Shown: positions 30,505-39,774 of the stretch, in pieces | Position numbering within the stretch: the first letter of the stretch is position 1 | Layout of the letters: each line of letters begins with the position of its first letter | Assembly: GCA_963701855.1 (NCBI GenBank) | Contig: CAVPBK010000009.1 | Span: forward strand, 128,001 to 192,000 | Length of the DNA: 64,000 nucleotides | From: Nitrospirota bacterium | GTDB taxonomy: Bacteria; Nitrospirota; Nitrospiria; Nitrospirales; Nitrospiraceae | Direction of reading: 5' to 3' | Notes under the pieces: model-generated | Told to the model about the DNA's origin: nothing | The model's database searches: none | What the model saw: only the letters and a program-made list of their open reading frames with translations | Made by a program: the position numbers and the translations under genes

Positions 30505-30627
30505 CAGGATGCTCAAAAAGACCGTCCAGCACGACCGAAGCGAGTGAAGGTCCGAGGCGTACCCTTGTGGTACGTTGAGAGTCTGAACGATGCGAGAACG
30601 CCGCTGGCGTGATTTTTCAGCATCCTG
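30505..30627. repeat. ~123-bp CAGGATGCT inverted-repeat element, copy 2 (opposite orientation to 8117-8240)
   Basis: CAGGATGCTCAAAAAG...GATTTTTCAGCATCCTG, abutting the fliE stop codon. Confidence 0.85.
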
Positions 30628-30933
30628 CTAAATCTGCATCCGCTGAATTTCTTCATAGGCAGACACCAGTTTGTTCCTGATTTGCATCATCAGCTGGAAG
30701 GACACATCGGCTTCCTGTAAGGCCACCATCGTCTGATGGATATTCTGTGTCTGGCCTGTCATCAGCGCCTCGGTCGCCTGGCTCGCTTCCAGCTGGATGT
30801 CGTTGGCTTTTCCGATCGCTTGTTGCAGCGAATTCATAAATCCGCTCGATGCAACGCTCCCGGCCCCATGAGAAGCGGCGGCATTCTCCACCAGAGACAC
30901 TGTTGGCATGGTGATCGCTCTGATCTGATCCAC
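30628..30933 (-). CDS. fliE: Flagellar hook-basal body protein FliE
   Basis: Motif IHQTMVALQEADVSFQLMMQIRNKLVSAYEEIQRMQI. Confidence 0.97.
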   Translation of the reverse strand: MDQIRAITMPTVSLVENAAASHGAGSVASSGFMNSLQQAIGKANDIQLEASQATEALMTGQTQNIHQTMVALQEADVSFQLMMQIRNKLVSAYEEIQRMQI

Positions 30934-30935
30934 GA

Positions 30936-31385
30936 CTACCTCCCGATCTCCAGCGCCTTATTCCACATGGCGCGGGTTGCGTTAATCGCTTGCACGTTGG
31001 CTTCGTAAGAGCGGGACGCCCCGATCATATTCACCATTTCTTCCATGACGTTGATGTTCGGCATCTTGACGAATCCTTTTTTGTCGGCGTCCGGATGACG
31101 CGGATCGTAGACTACCTGCCCGGGCCTTCTATCTTCCTGCACGCGCAACACCTTGACGCCATCGAGCGCGTGAGCCCCTGGCCCCGTCGACACCTGACGA
31201 AACGTCCGTTGAAATGGGCTGGCGACCGGCGTGGATTGAAACACCACGTCCCGGCGCTTGTACGGACCGCCACCGGGCGTATGCGTGGACTGTGCATTCG
31301 CCAGATTGCTGGAAATCACATTGAGCCGTTGACGTTGCGCATCAAGCGCAGTCACAGACACTGCCATGCTGTCGGTCATGTCCAT
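30936..31385 (-). CDS. flgC: Basal-body rod protein FlgC
   Basis: Motifs AQRQRLNVISSNLANA.ST, YDP.HPDAD..G.V.MPN and ASRSYEAN. Confidence 0.98.
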   Translation of the reverse strand: MDMTDSMAVSVTALDAQRQRLNVISSNLANAQSTHTPGGGPYKRRDVVFQSTPVASPFQRTFRQVSTGPGAHALDGVKVLRVQEDRRPGQVVYDPRHPDADKKGFVKMPNINVMEEMVNMIGASRSYEANVQAINATRAMWNKALEIGR

Positions 31386-31481
31386 AAAAGCCTCCTTGAA
31401 AGAAGGTTGATGTTAAGGCCACGGTTACGATAAAGACGAGAACGGCTCTCGCTCAGCCTCGACTTAGCCTGAGCCTGGTTG

Positions 31482-31889
31482 TTATCGCGCATCGCGAATT
31501 GCGCCCATCAGCTGCCGAAATCGGATCGCCATAATCGACGCAGCACTGTTGTACTGCATGGCGTTATCCGACATTTTTGCCATCTCCAGCTCGATATTGA
31601 CCGAGTTGGCATCTAAGGGTATATCCCCTGCAGGCACGGGACCGAGCGTTCCCATCACCCTCTGAAACGAGTTTCCGCGTGGACCGATGTGCTGCCCCTG
31701 AGTCACCGCAAGGGTGACAAGACCTCTCCCTCGATGTGCCGCCTGCAAAGAATCTTGAAAACTCAGATCGACGGCTCGATAGCCTGGCGTTTCTTCGTTC
31801 GCGATGTTCGAAGCAATCACCCGCTGTCTGGCTTGTCGCATATCCAGCGTGCGATGGAGTAAATGCATGGTGCGATCAAATATCGTCAT
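31482..31889 (-). CDS. flgB: Basal-body rod protein FlgB
   Basis: Motifs RQ.VIASNIAN.ETPGYRA.D and D.NSV.IE.EM. Confidence 0.97.
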   Translation of the reverse strand: MTIFDRTMHLLHRTLDMRQARQRVIASNIANEETPGYRAVDLSFQDSLQAAHRGRGLVTLAVTQGQHIGPRGNSFQRVMGTLGPVPAGDIPLDANSVNIELEMAKMSDNAMQYNSAASIMAIRFRQLMGAIRDAR

Positions 31890-31926
31890 GAGGCTCCTCC
31901 TATGGTTTCTCGCCCGTCAATACCAG

Positions 31927-31942
31927 TGCAATCGTAATGCCA
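31927..31942 (-). promoter_or_regulatory. Sigma54 promoter for the flgB operon
   Basis: Minus strand TGGCATTACGATTGCA (GG-N10-GC), about 40 bp before flgB. Confidence 0.85.
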
Positions 31943-32063
31943 TTGCCGGCATGCACAGAGCGGTGGTCTCGAGAAAGCCCGCCGAAGTCCTTGTGCGACT
32001 CACATCTGCCGATCGGAAAAATGTGCCGGCTGTTTTTTACCCACGCTATAATGGATGGCCGGA

Positions 32064-33470
32064 TTACGCCGAGTCCTGACAGCTTGTCCCTCGATATTCT
32101 CGAAGCTTGTTCCTCAAGGTCCGAATGCTGATTCCAAGTTCTTTCGCCGCATGGGTGCGATTCTCCCTCACGCGTGTGAGGGTTTGAAAAATCAGTTCCC
32201 GCTCCATTTCCCACAGAGAGCCGTTTCCTGAAGGCTGGGGCACGGATGGAACTGGCGCAGGAGACACCGGTTGTCCGCCGGACTCCATCAACAAGTGGCC
32301 GGGAAGAATTGCCTCGTTTCCAGCTAAAAGCACAGCGCGTTCCATGACATTTTCTAATTCACGCACATTCCCTTTCCATCGTCTGTCCTGGAGCATCTCA
32401 TAGGCCTCCACCGACACCGCCGGAAGCGGAAAGCTATTGCGCGCCGCGGAGACCGCCACAAAATGTCTCGCGAGCAACGGAATGTCAGCGGGCCGATCCC
32501 GCAATGGAGGGACTGTGATGGGGAACACATTCAATCGGTAATACAAGTCTTCCCGAAACCGTCCCTGCTCCACTTCGTGATAGAGCGATCGGTTTGTTGT
32601 CGCAATGACTCGAATATTCACGGATACGGGCTCCCGGCCTCCGACTCGATCCACTTCCCGCTCCTGAATTACACGGAGCAACTTGGCCTGCAGACCCATG
32701 TTCATTTCACTGATTTCATCCAGCAGCAAGGTGCCGGTATGCGCCATCTCAAACTTGCCGATTTTCTTCATGATGGCTCCGGTAAATGCTCCGCGCTCAT
32801 GACCAAACAGTTCGCTCTCCAGGAGTCCATCCGGTAATGCCGCGCAATTGACGGCGACAAATGGGCGATGCGCACGAGGGCTTCTGTTATGGATAAAGCG
32901 GGCCAGCAATTCTTTCCCTGTGCCGCTTTCTCCATTAATAAGGATAGTTGCTTGGCTTGCGGCGACCCCCTCCACGGTACTGAGCAAACGGGCCATGCCC
33001 GGGTCTTGTGTCAGGATTGACCGCTGGTCGATCGGCGCAGGCGATGTCGCTGAGGCATCAGTCCCCCGCGCTTTCAGATTAGCGATCACTCGCTCGAATA
33101 AATCGGTTGAGAACGGTTTGAGAATGTAATCGCTCGCCCCGTACTTCATTGCCTCCACGGCGGTCTCCACCGTCCCGTAGGCGGTCATCAGGACCATCAA
33201 CGTGTGTGGTGAGCGATGCTTGATCTCTTTGATCAGGTCGAGGCCACCAAGACGCGGCATCTTCAGATCGGTCACCACCAACCAGGGTTTATAACGACTG
33301 ACCCGTTCGACGGCATCGGCGCCATCGATCGCCCCCTGCACGTCATACCCCAGACGACGAACTGACTCCATTAAGGCGGTCCGCATGGATGGATCGTCAT
33401 CGACGATCAAAATTCGCGCGGCCTGCGCGGAAATATCCGTCGCAGGGCCTGCTGTATCGTGTTCACTCAT
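32064..33470 (-). CDS. Sigma54-dependent response regulator (FlrC/FleR-like)
   Basis: Receiver domain, AAA+ domain (GESGTGKE, GAFTGA, FREDLYYRLNV) and Fis-type HTH (LGISIRTLRNKL). Coupled to the upstream kinase. Confidence 0.93.
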   Translation of the reverse strand: MSEHDTAGPATDISAQAARILIVDDDPSMRTALMESVRRLGYDVQGAIDGADAVERVSRYKPWLVVTDLKMPRLGGLDLIKEIKHRSPHTLMVLMTAYGTVETAVEAMKYGASDYILKPFSTDLFERVIANLKARGTDASATSPAPIDQRSILTQDPGMARLLSTVEGVAASQATILINGESGTGKELLARFIHNRSPRAHRPFVAVNCAALPDGLLESELFGHERGAFTGAIMKKIGKFEMAHTGTLLLDEISEMNMGLQAKLLRVIQEREVDRVGGREPVSVNIRVIATTNRSLYHEVEQGRFREDLYYRLNVFPITVPPLRDRPADIPLLARHFVAVSAARNSFPLPAVSVEAYEMLQDRRWKGNVRELENVMERAVLLAGNEAILPGHLLMESGGQPVSPAPVPSVPQPSGNGSLWEMERELIFQTLTRVRENRTHAAKELGISIRTLRNKLREYRGTSCQDSA

Positions 33471-34771
33471 GCGGAGGTCTCCTCTTCAATGCAGTGCCGC
33501 TCGCCGAGCATGACAGCGACACCAGACCCGTCTCCGCGATCAGGATCAGACGACTGTGGCGGCTCGACACGGTCCGCCTCGCGACGATGTGGAAGCACGA
33601 TCCTAAATGTCGTCCCGCGCCCCTCAACACTCTCCACGTCGATCCGGCCCCGATGCGCTTCGACAATCGCATGGACGATGGCCAACCCTAACCCGGTACC
33701 CTCGTCCCTCGTGGTAAAAAATGGATCAAAAATCCTCGGCTGCTCAGCCGCGGGAATGCCCACGCCGGTATCTGAGACCGAGAGACACAGCGCCGGCCCG
33801 CTGGAAGTCTGTGTCGTTGTTATGGTCGCCGACAGTGACAGCGTTCCACTCTCGGGCATGGCATGGATGCTGTTCAGAACCATGTTCAGAAGTACTTGCT
33901 TCATTTGCCCCGCATCGCACCAGATGTGAGATGCCAGAGGATCAACGTTCAGACGAATGTCGATTCTGGTATTTGCCACGGCATGGGCGGCGAGCGTCAA
34001 CGCATCAAGCATGAGAGCTTCCGTCTCATGCCACTCCCCATGGGAACAATCTGGCTTGGTATAGAGCAGCAGATTGGTCAGAAGACGATTCATCATGTGA
34101 ACAGACGACGAAATATGCTCGGCGTATTTTCGTAATGCCGGGGCGCCACTCAGATCACGGTGCAGCATCGACGCAAACAGCTCAATGCTGCCGAGTGGAT
34201 TCCGAATTTCGTGGGCAATCCGCCCGATCATTTCACCCATGGCTACAAGCCGATTGCGGCGCTGCAGCCGATCCTCCAATTCTCGTACCGCCGTGACATC
34301 TTGAATCAATAGCACACTCCCGGCATGACACCCCTCGCTGGTCTGCAAGGCACGTTGGGAGAGCGCGACGGCTGCACCCTGTTGCGTCGTCAAGGGATAA
34401 ACGTCGTCATCCAGCTGCGCGTCCTTCAGACAAGCGGCTAACGAACGACCGACAATCTGTTCGCGCGACAGTCCAAGAAGTTGCTCGCCGGCCTGATTAC
34501 AACGTGTGATCGTCCCGTCTGCATCCATCACGAGTAAGCCCGTCGAAAGGGACTCCACAATCGCCGTCAGGTGCTCCCGCAACTCTTCATTGGCGCGCAG
34601 ATTCCGGCCGAGCGCCTCGTTACGGTCGGCCAGTTCGACATCAAGCTGCTCCAGCCTGGACGTCAACGTCTGATAGGACTGTTGCAACGTCGCCGCCGCT
34701 TCGTCGAAACTGCGAAACGCATCGTGCAATAAATCGCTTTCCGTGGTCGCCGAGGCAGGATGTACGTTCAT
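33467..34771 (-). CDS. PAS-domain cytoplasmic histidine kinase (FlrB/FleS-like)
   Basis: N-terminal F..F..A...LQ.SY..L coiled coil, PAS domain, IAHEIRNPL, DTGVGI, FDPFFTT and GTGLGL. Confidence 0.93.
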   Translation of the reverse strand: MNVHPASATTESDLLHDAFRSFDEAAATLQQSYQTLTSRLEQLDVELADRNEALGRNLRANEELREHLTAIVESLSTGLLVMDADGTITRCNQAGEQLLGLSREQIVGRSLAACLKDAQLDDDVYPLTTQQGAAVALSQRALQTSEGCHAGSVLLIQDVTAVRELEDRLQRRNRLVAMGEMIGRIAHEIRNPLGSIELFASMLHRDLSGAPALRKYAEHISSSVHMMNRLLTNLLLYTKPDCSHGEWHETEALMLDALTLAAHAVANTRIDIRLNVDPLASHIWCDAGQMKQVLLNMVLNSIHAMPESGTLSLSATITTTQTSSGPALCLSVSDTGVGIPAAEQPRIFDPFFTTRDEGTGLGLAIVHAIVEAHRGRIDVESVEGRGTTFRIVLPHRREADRVEPPQSSDPDRGDGSGVAVMLGERHCIEEETSA

Positions 34772-34775
34772 TACA

Positions 34776-36932
34776 TCATTCTCCTTCCTTCGCCATGGCC
34801 GCTTGGAGGCCTATCTGCATCGCTTCCGCTGCACGATGGAGCAGTGGATCGTCGAACTCTGCGTCCGGCCCCACGATTCCAGGCCGGCTTCCTTGATAGT
34901 TCGTGGCCTCAGGATTCAGTATGATCTGCACCCGGGCCCATTCGGCCTCTACAGGATTAGCTCCGGCCTTCAGCGCCTGCCGGTAGAGATCCATGGCACG
35001 TTCGGGTTTATTCAGTTGCAAGAGCAGATCGGCATACAACAGAAAATCCTGCGGCGCCCGGAGCGCGTTGTTTCGCAATGCATCCTCGAATGCTGCGGCG
35101 GCTTCCACTTGCTTCTGGTCTTCTGCAAGCGTCCGCGCCAGCGTCGCGTAGATCCAACCTCGCGCCGCATCACGCGGTTGAGACCGCGTCCAGTGCCGCA
35201 TGAGCCGGATGGCGCTCTGGCGATCCCCTTGCTCCAGCATGGCCGTCGTCAATTGGCGTGAGACCAGCATAGACCGCTCGCTCCTCGGATGCTGAAGGCG
35301 AAAACTTTCGAATACGCTCCGAGCTGCCGCAGGATCGAGCTGGTCCAGATAACTTTCGCCAAGACCAAGAAGCGCCTCTTCGTGAAGTGTCGCCGCCTTC
35401 CGATTCTTTACCAACATTTGATACAGGTGTACCGCTTCGGTAGAGAAGCCCAGCCGACGATGCGTATCGGCCACCTCCAATAATGTCCGCGTCCCTATGT
35501 AGTGCTGCTCTGGAGCTTGCCCGTGACTGTGAAATAATGTGAGCGCTTGGACGTCCTGCTTGCTCTTGAGTGCCGCTTCCAACTGGGGTTTCAAGAGAGA
35601 GGTTAGATGGAGACCGGCAGTCTGGGGCCACGGATCCTGTGGAGCCACACCGTTCCGCCGAGTGACAGCTTGATAGACCTCGATGGCACGCGACATATCA
35701 CCGCGCAATTCGTAGGACTCCGCCAAATGAAAGAGTGCCTCGCTACCGACCATATCGTTCGGGTGTTCGAGGGCGATGGCCTTATGGAGCGCCTCGCCTT
35801 CTGATACATCCAGGTAGGAACTATCGCTCCCTCGAATCATGCCTTCCACTTTTCTCCGCAAGAAATCCTCTCCTGCCGAAGCCGCAATTTCCTGTTCCCT
35901 CCGTGACAGTCGCATGCGAGCAACAACCGCTGCCGCCGTATCTGCATACTGCGTCTGGGCGGTAGTGTAAAAATTCTCTGCCTGAGTGCGTAGACCGAGC
36001 CTGCTGTGACTGTCTCCAAGGCGGACAAGAGCGGTACTCGCGTGCCGGTGCGAAGGAAAGAGGTTGTACAGGAGCAAATCGATCTCGCACGCTCTTTTCA
36101 GCTCCTGAACTTCAAAGAGGGCATCGCCATATTGCTGCAACCCATCAGCATTTTTCTTCAGGAGATTCGGCCAGCGCCGATACAGAATATCGTACAGTAG
36201 CACTGCATCCCGCTTGCGCCCCTGGATGTAGAGCGCGTTGGCCTGATCAAATGTCGCCCTCACGACAAGACGCTCCTCCGTCGAACGATGTCTCACTGCT
36301 TCAAAGGCCCGTTCCGCTTCTGTCCATCGCCCCAACTCCCCAAGTGTGGTCCCCAACGCGAGCATGGATCGGTCCGCATCGAAACGAGGCAGCTCGCGGG
36401 ATAGAGCATATTCATAGGCGACAAAGGCTTCCTGGAACCATCCCATTTCGGCATACAGGTCACCCACCCGCCAGAATGCACGGAACGCATTGGCATTCTT
36501 CGGATACGCCCCGATAATGCTGCGATATTGCGCAATCGCCTCTCTCCGGCCATGGTCGGTCGGGTTCTCGAGCAGGGTGAGTTCGGCCAAGAAGGCCTTC
36601 AACGGCGGGATCAACCCACGCGCGGAGTCGAGTCTGGCGAGCGCGTCAAAGCCCGCGCGGGCGACGTTATACTGCTTGCGGGCAAGCGCCTCAACCGCCT
36701 CTAGAAATTGTGCGGACTCCGGCCCCTCCACCGTTCGCGCATAGCGGGGACCGTCATCGGGCAGCGCAATTCGTGACGAAGGAGTCGCCACTCCCCCTTG
36801 AGGAGACGTCGCGTGGGTGGGTAATGGAGTGACCGGCGACTCTCGCGGCTCCGTTGCAGCTGCATCTTGAAGTGCAAGACACTGCGCAAGCACACACACG
36901 ATCAACCAATTGCAAGATGTACTCATACTCAT
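34776..36932 (-). CDS. Exported tetratricopeptide-repeat protein
   Basis: Signal-peptide-like N-terminus (WLIVCVLAQCLALQDAAA) and many TPR-like helical pairs. Start placed downstream of the sigma54 site. Confidence 0.82.
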   Translation of the reverse strand: MSMSTSCNWLIVCVLAQCLALQDAAATEPRESPVTPLPTHATSPQGGVATPSSRIALPDDGPRYARTVEGPESAQFLEAVEALARKQYNVARAGFDALARLDSARGLIPPLKAFLAELTLLENPTDHGRREAIAQYRSIIGAYPKNANAFRAFWRVGDLYAEMGWFQEAFVAYEYALSRELPRFDADRSMLALGTTLGELGRWTEAERAFEAVRHRSTEERLVVRATFDQANALYIQGRKRDAVLLYDILYRRWPNLLKKNADGLQQYGDALFEVQELKRACEIDLLLYNLFPSHRHASTALVRLGDSHSRLGLRTQAENFYTTAQTQYADTAAAVVARMRLSRREQEIAASAGEDFLRRKVEGMIRGSDSSYLDVSEGEALHKAIALEHPNDMVGSEALFHLAESYELRGDMSRAIEVYQAVTRRNGVAPQDPWPQTAGLHLTSLLKPQLEAALKSKQDVQALTLFHSHGQAPEQHYIGTRTLLEVADTHRRLGFSTEAVHLYQMLVKNRKAATLHEEALLGLGESYLDQLDPAAARSVFESFRLQHPRSERSMLVSRQLTTAMLEQGDRQSAIRLMRHWTRSQPRDAARGWIYATLARTLAEDQKQVEAAAAFEDALRNNALRAPQDFLLYADLLLQLNKPERAMDLYRQALKAGANPVEAEWARVQIILNPEATNYQGSRPGIVGPDAEFDDPLLHRAAEAMQIGLQAAMAKEGE

Positions 36933-36948
36933 AGACACGTCGAAGTTC

Positions 36949-36964
36949 AGCAATTTCTGTGCCC
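36949..36964 (-). promoter_or_regulatory. Sigma54 promoter for the TPR-kinase-regulator operon
   Basis: Minus strand GGGCACAGAAATTGCT (GG-N10-GC). Confidence 0.65.
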
Positions 36965-37068
36965 TTGTCGTTTCGCAACTAAATACCTGCTCTGCGAGCA
37001 AACTTGCCGTCATTCGAGTGATGATTCGACGAAACATGTCAAGCGTCCGTCGCCTCGCTCATGCGTTC

Positions 37069-37082
37069 GTCAATCAATTGAC
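37069..37082. promoter_or_regulatory. FleQ-box-like palindrome GTCAATCAATTGAC
   Basis: GTCA-N6-TGAC about 105 bp upstream of the sigma54 site. Resembles the Pseudomonas FleQ box GTCAATAAATTGAC. Confidence 0.6.
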
Positions 37083-37298
37083 AGAGTGCGCGTCAGGAAG
37101 ACTCCAGATTTTGATGTGAGCAGTTCACGGCACTATTGGGAGAGATTCACTGAAGCAGTATATCGATCTGGCGAGAGTCACATGAGCAGGCGGTAGAAAA
37201 TCTCGAAGAACTAACCGTATCGGGTTTCGGATAAAGAGCACTCGGCAGTCTTTCGTTTCACGTTTCACAACTCCTAGAGCGACTTTTTCTGCAGCCTA

Positions 37299-38717
37299 TT
37301 AGAAAGCGGGACAACCCTGAGCCTTCGAAGCAAAGCCTTTCCGCTTCATCTTCTCAACGAGCGTGGTACGGTTGACATGGAGTAGCTGAGCCGCCTTGCT
37401 CGTAATTCCGTTGGCCTGTCGAAGCGCGCCAACGATGAGACGGTTCTCGAACTGCTCAAGCTCTCGTGACAGGTTGACCCCCTGATCGCTGAAGCCGATG
37501 AAGTGCGACGCAGTCTGTTCCGCGGTTACCGAAGAGCATAGGAGACGCTCCGGAAGATCAGCGACTTCGATAATCCCTGATCGACTCAACACCGCAAGGC
37601 GCTCGATCATGTTCTCCAACTCCCGAATATTCCCAGGCCAGTGATGTTCCATTAAACGGGCCATGGCATCAGGGGAACAGACTGCCATCGCAGTCTGTTT
37701 GCCGCAGTTCAATCTCTCCAAGAAATGATTCACCAATAATGGGATATCGCTTCGCCGTTCTCTCAGCGGTGGAATTGTGACAGGGATGACATTCAGGCGA
37801 TAATACAGATCTTCCCGAAAACGCTTCTGCTGCACGGCCACTTCCAGATCCTGATTGGTAGCCGCAACAACGCGAACATCCACGTCGATCGTTTTCGTGC
37901 CTCCCACACGCTCGAACGACCGTTCTTGCAGAACCCGAAGCAGCTTCACTTGTAACCCGAGGCTCAACTCACCGATTTCGTCGAGAAATATTGTCCCGCC
38001 ATGCGCCGACTCGAAGCGGCCTATTCGTGTATGCGCTGCGCCGGTAAACGCTCCCTTCTCATGTCCAAACAACTCAGATTCGAGCAGATTCTCGGGAATA
38101 GCGCCGCAATTGACCGGGATGAGCGGGCGATCTTTGCGCACACTGTTAAAGTGCAGCATCCTCGCGATCAGTTCCTTGCCGGTTCCACTCTCTCCTTGAA
38201 TTAAAACGGTGCTATTGCAGTCCGCAACCTTCTCGACAAACTCAAGTACGCGCCGAATCGGTTCACTCGTACCGACAAACTGCTCTAACCGATATTGCTC
38301 ACGGACGGCTCTCCGCGAAAACTGCATGTTCCTGCGTCGGTCACATGCTTCCAATGCCTTCTTAATTGAGTCAACGACGGACTCGTTGTCAAATGGTTTT
38401 GTCAGGAATTCAAATGCTCCAGCCTTCATGGCCTTCACGGCACAGTCAATTGAGCCGTAACCGGTCATCACAATCCCGATCACCTTGGGATCAATCTGGA
38501 GGATGCGCTCCAAGACGACCAGGCCATCCATATCAGGCAGCTTCAAGTCCGTCATCAACACATGAACAGGGATCTCCCGGGCCACACGAATAGCCTCCTG
38601 TCCGCTTCCAACAAGCGTCACTTGACGCCCTTCCTGCGACAACAGTCTTCGAAGCAGTCTCTGCAGGCCGTCATCGTCCTCGACCACAAGAATAGACAAC
38701 ACACTCATGCTGTGCAC
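37299..38717 (-). CDS. Sigma54 activator, probable flagellar master regulator (FlrA/FleQ-like) with an intact receiver
   Basis: Receiver (VVEDD, MTD, KPF), AAA+ (GESGTGKE, NCGAIP..LLESELFGHEKGAFTGA) and HTH NRTTLVEKMKR as in FleQ/FlrA. Heads the cluster. Confidence 0.88.
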   Translation of the reverse strand: MHSMSVLSILVVEDDDGLQRLLRRLLSQEGRQVTLVGSGQEAIRVAREIPVHVLMTDLKLPDMDGLVVLERILQIDPKVIGIVMTGYGSIDCAVKAMKAGAFEFLTKPFDNESVVDSIKKALEACDRRRNMQFSRRAVREQYRLEQFVGTSEPIRRVLEFVEKVADCNSTVLIQGESGTGKELIARMLHFNSVRKDRPLIPVNCGAIPENLLESELFGHEKGAFTGAAHTRIGRFESAHGGTIFLDEIGELSLGLQVKLLRVLQERSFERVGGTKTIDVDVRVVAATNQDLEVAVQQKRFREDLYYRLNVIPVTIPPLRERRSDIPLLVNHFLERLNCGKQTAMAVCSPDAMARLMEHHWPGNIRELENMIERLAVLSRSGIIEVADLPERLLCSSVTAEQTASHFIGFSDQGVNLSRELEQFENRLIVGALRQANGITSKAAQLLHVNRTTLVEKMKRKGFASKAQGCPAF

Positions 38718-38815
38718 CTCATATAACGTGATAGCACATGAATAAGAAATACGACGAACACATTAAATCAGCCTGTTTGATGGATCGGCATGAGCAGGCC
38801 CTATCACATTTCTCT

Positions 38816-38829
38816 GTCATGAAAATGAC
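38816..38829. promoter_or_regulatory. GTCA-N6-TGAC box upstream of the master regulator (possible autoregulation)
   Basis: GTCATGAAAATGAC in an AT-rich intergenic region. Confidence 0.45.
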
Positions 38830-39096
38830 GCATCGCATCGCTACTAAGCGTATAAGAGATCTTCATATCGGAAAGTGCCTAATAGCTCTTACGGATACAG
38901 AATTTCAGACATATTCATGCTGGGCAGTATAGCTCTATATGGTCTGATCAAATTTCTCTATCAGCTCTATTATGAAGAACTACGTATTATTCATGAATCT
39001 GAATTGACTGTTATGTGCAGTGTGAGGACACGCTTCGAGTGAATGCCGATGGAGTGAGGGATATGAGCAGACCGATCAGGGCAGGTTATCGAGCTT

Positions 39097-39774
39097 TCAC
39101 TGACCCGTAGAATTGTCGGCTAAACGTTTCTTTGAGGAAGAATCGCGGATGAAATAGGCCGCAGCTTGCGCTCTCCGGGTCACGTTCAGCTTCTGAAAAA
39201 TGAACCGGATATAGTTTTTTACAGTCTTATCACTCAACTCGAGCGATATGCCGATCTCCTTGTTTGTTTTCCCCTCGGCCACGAGCGCAAGCACACGCTG
39301 TTGCTGGGAGGAGAGGGCCGTCCGCTGGGACTCAGATGCCTCCCCTTGCTTCAACCGCATGCGAACCAAGAGCGGCTTCGTAATGGCGGGGTCGAGGACC
39401 GACTGTCCCTGGGCCACGGCATGAATAGCTCGCAGCAAGCCCTCAGCATTCACTTCTTTCAATAGATAGCCGGCCGCCCCTTCATAAATCGCGGCGAACA
39501 CCGCCTCATCGTCTTGATAGGAGGAAAGAAAGAGCACACGCGTGTCGGGACAAGAATCCCTGATGGCACGGCAAGCGTCCGCTCCGCTCCCGTCGGGGAA
39601 ACGGACGTCCATCAAGACGACATCCGGTTGAAGGCGGCAGGTTTCAGTGATGGCATCCTTGACATTGGCCGCTTCGCCGACCACGCTGATATTATCCTGT
39701 CGACTCAGCACCGCCCGTAATCCCACGCGAACGAATTCGTGATCGTCCACGATCAACACGCTGATTGGTCTCAT
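39097..39774 (-). CDS. Orphan NarL/FixJ-family (DevR-like) response regulator
   Basis: Receiver (VDDHEFVR.GL, VLMD) and LuxR HTH (EGKTNKEIG..L.LSDKTVKNY). Confidence 0.93.
   Translation of the reverse strand: MRPISVLIVDDHEFVRVGLRAVLSRQDNISVVGEAANVKDAITETCRLQPDVVLMDVRFPDGSGADACRAIRDSCPDTRVLFLSSYQDDEAVFAAIYEGAAGYLLKEVNAEGLLRAIHAVAQGQSVLDPAITKPLLVRMRLKQGEASESQRTALSSQQQRVLALVAEGKTNKEIGISLELSDKTVKNYIRFIFQKLNVTRRAQAAAYFIRDSSSKKRLADNSTGQ

Noticed and set aside
36975..36988. Alternative sigma54 site AGGTATTTAGTTGC upstream of the TPR gene
   Set aside because: The spacing is GG-N9-GC, which is wrong for sigma54. The site at 36949-36964 fits.
1..38717. Absence of motAB, fliC/fliD/fliS and chemotaxis genes
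   Set aside because: The cluster continues past the left edge at flgL and these genes are often encoded elsewhere, so absence from the window is uninformative.
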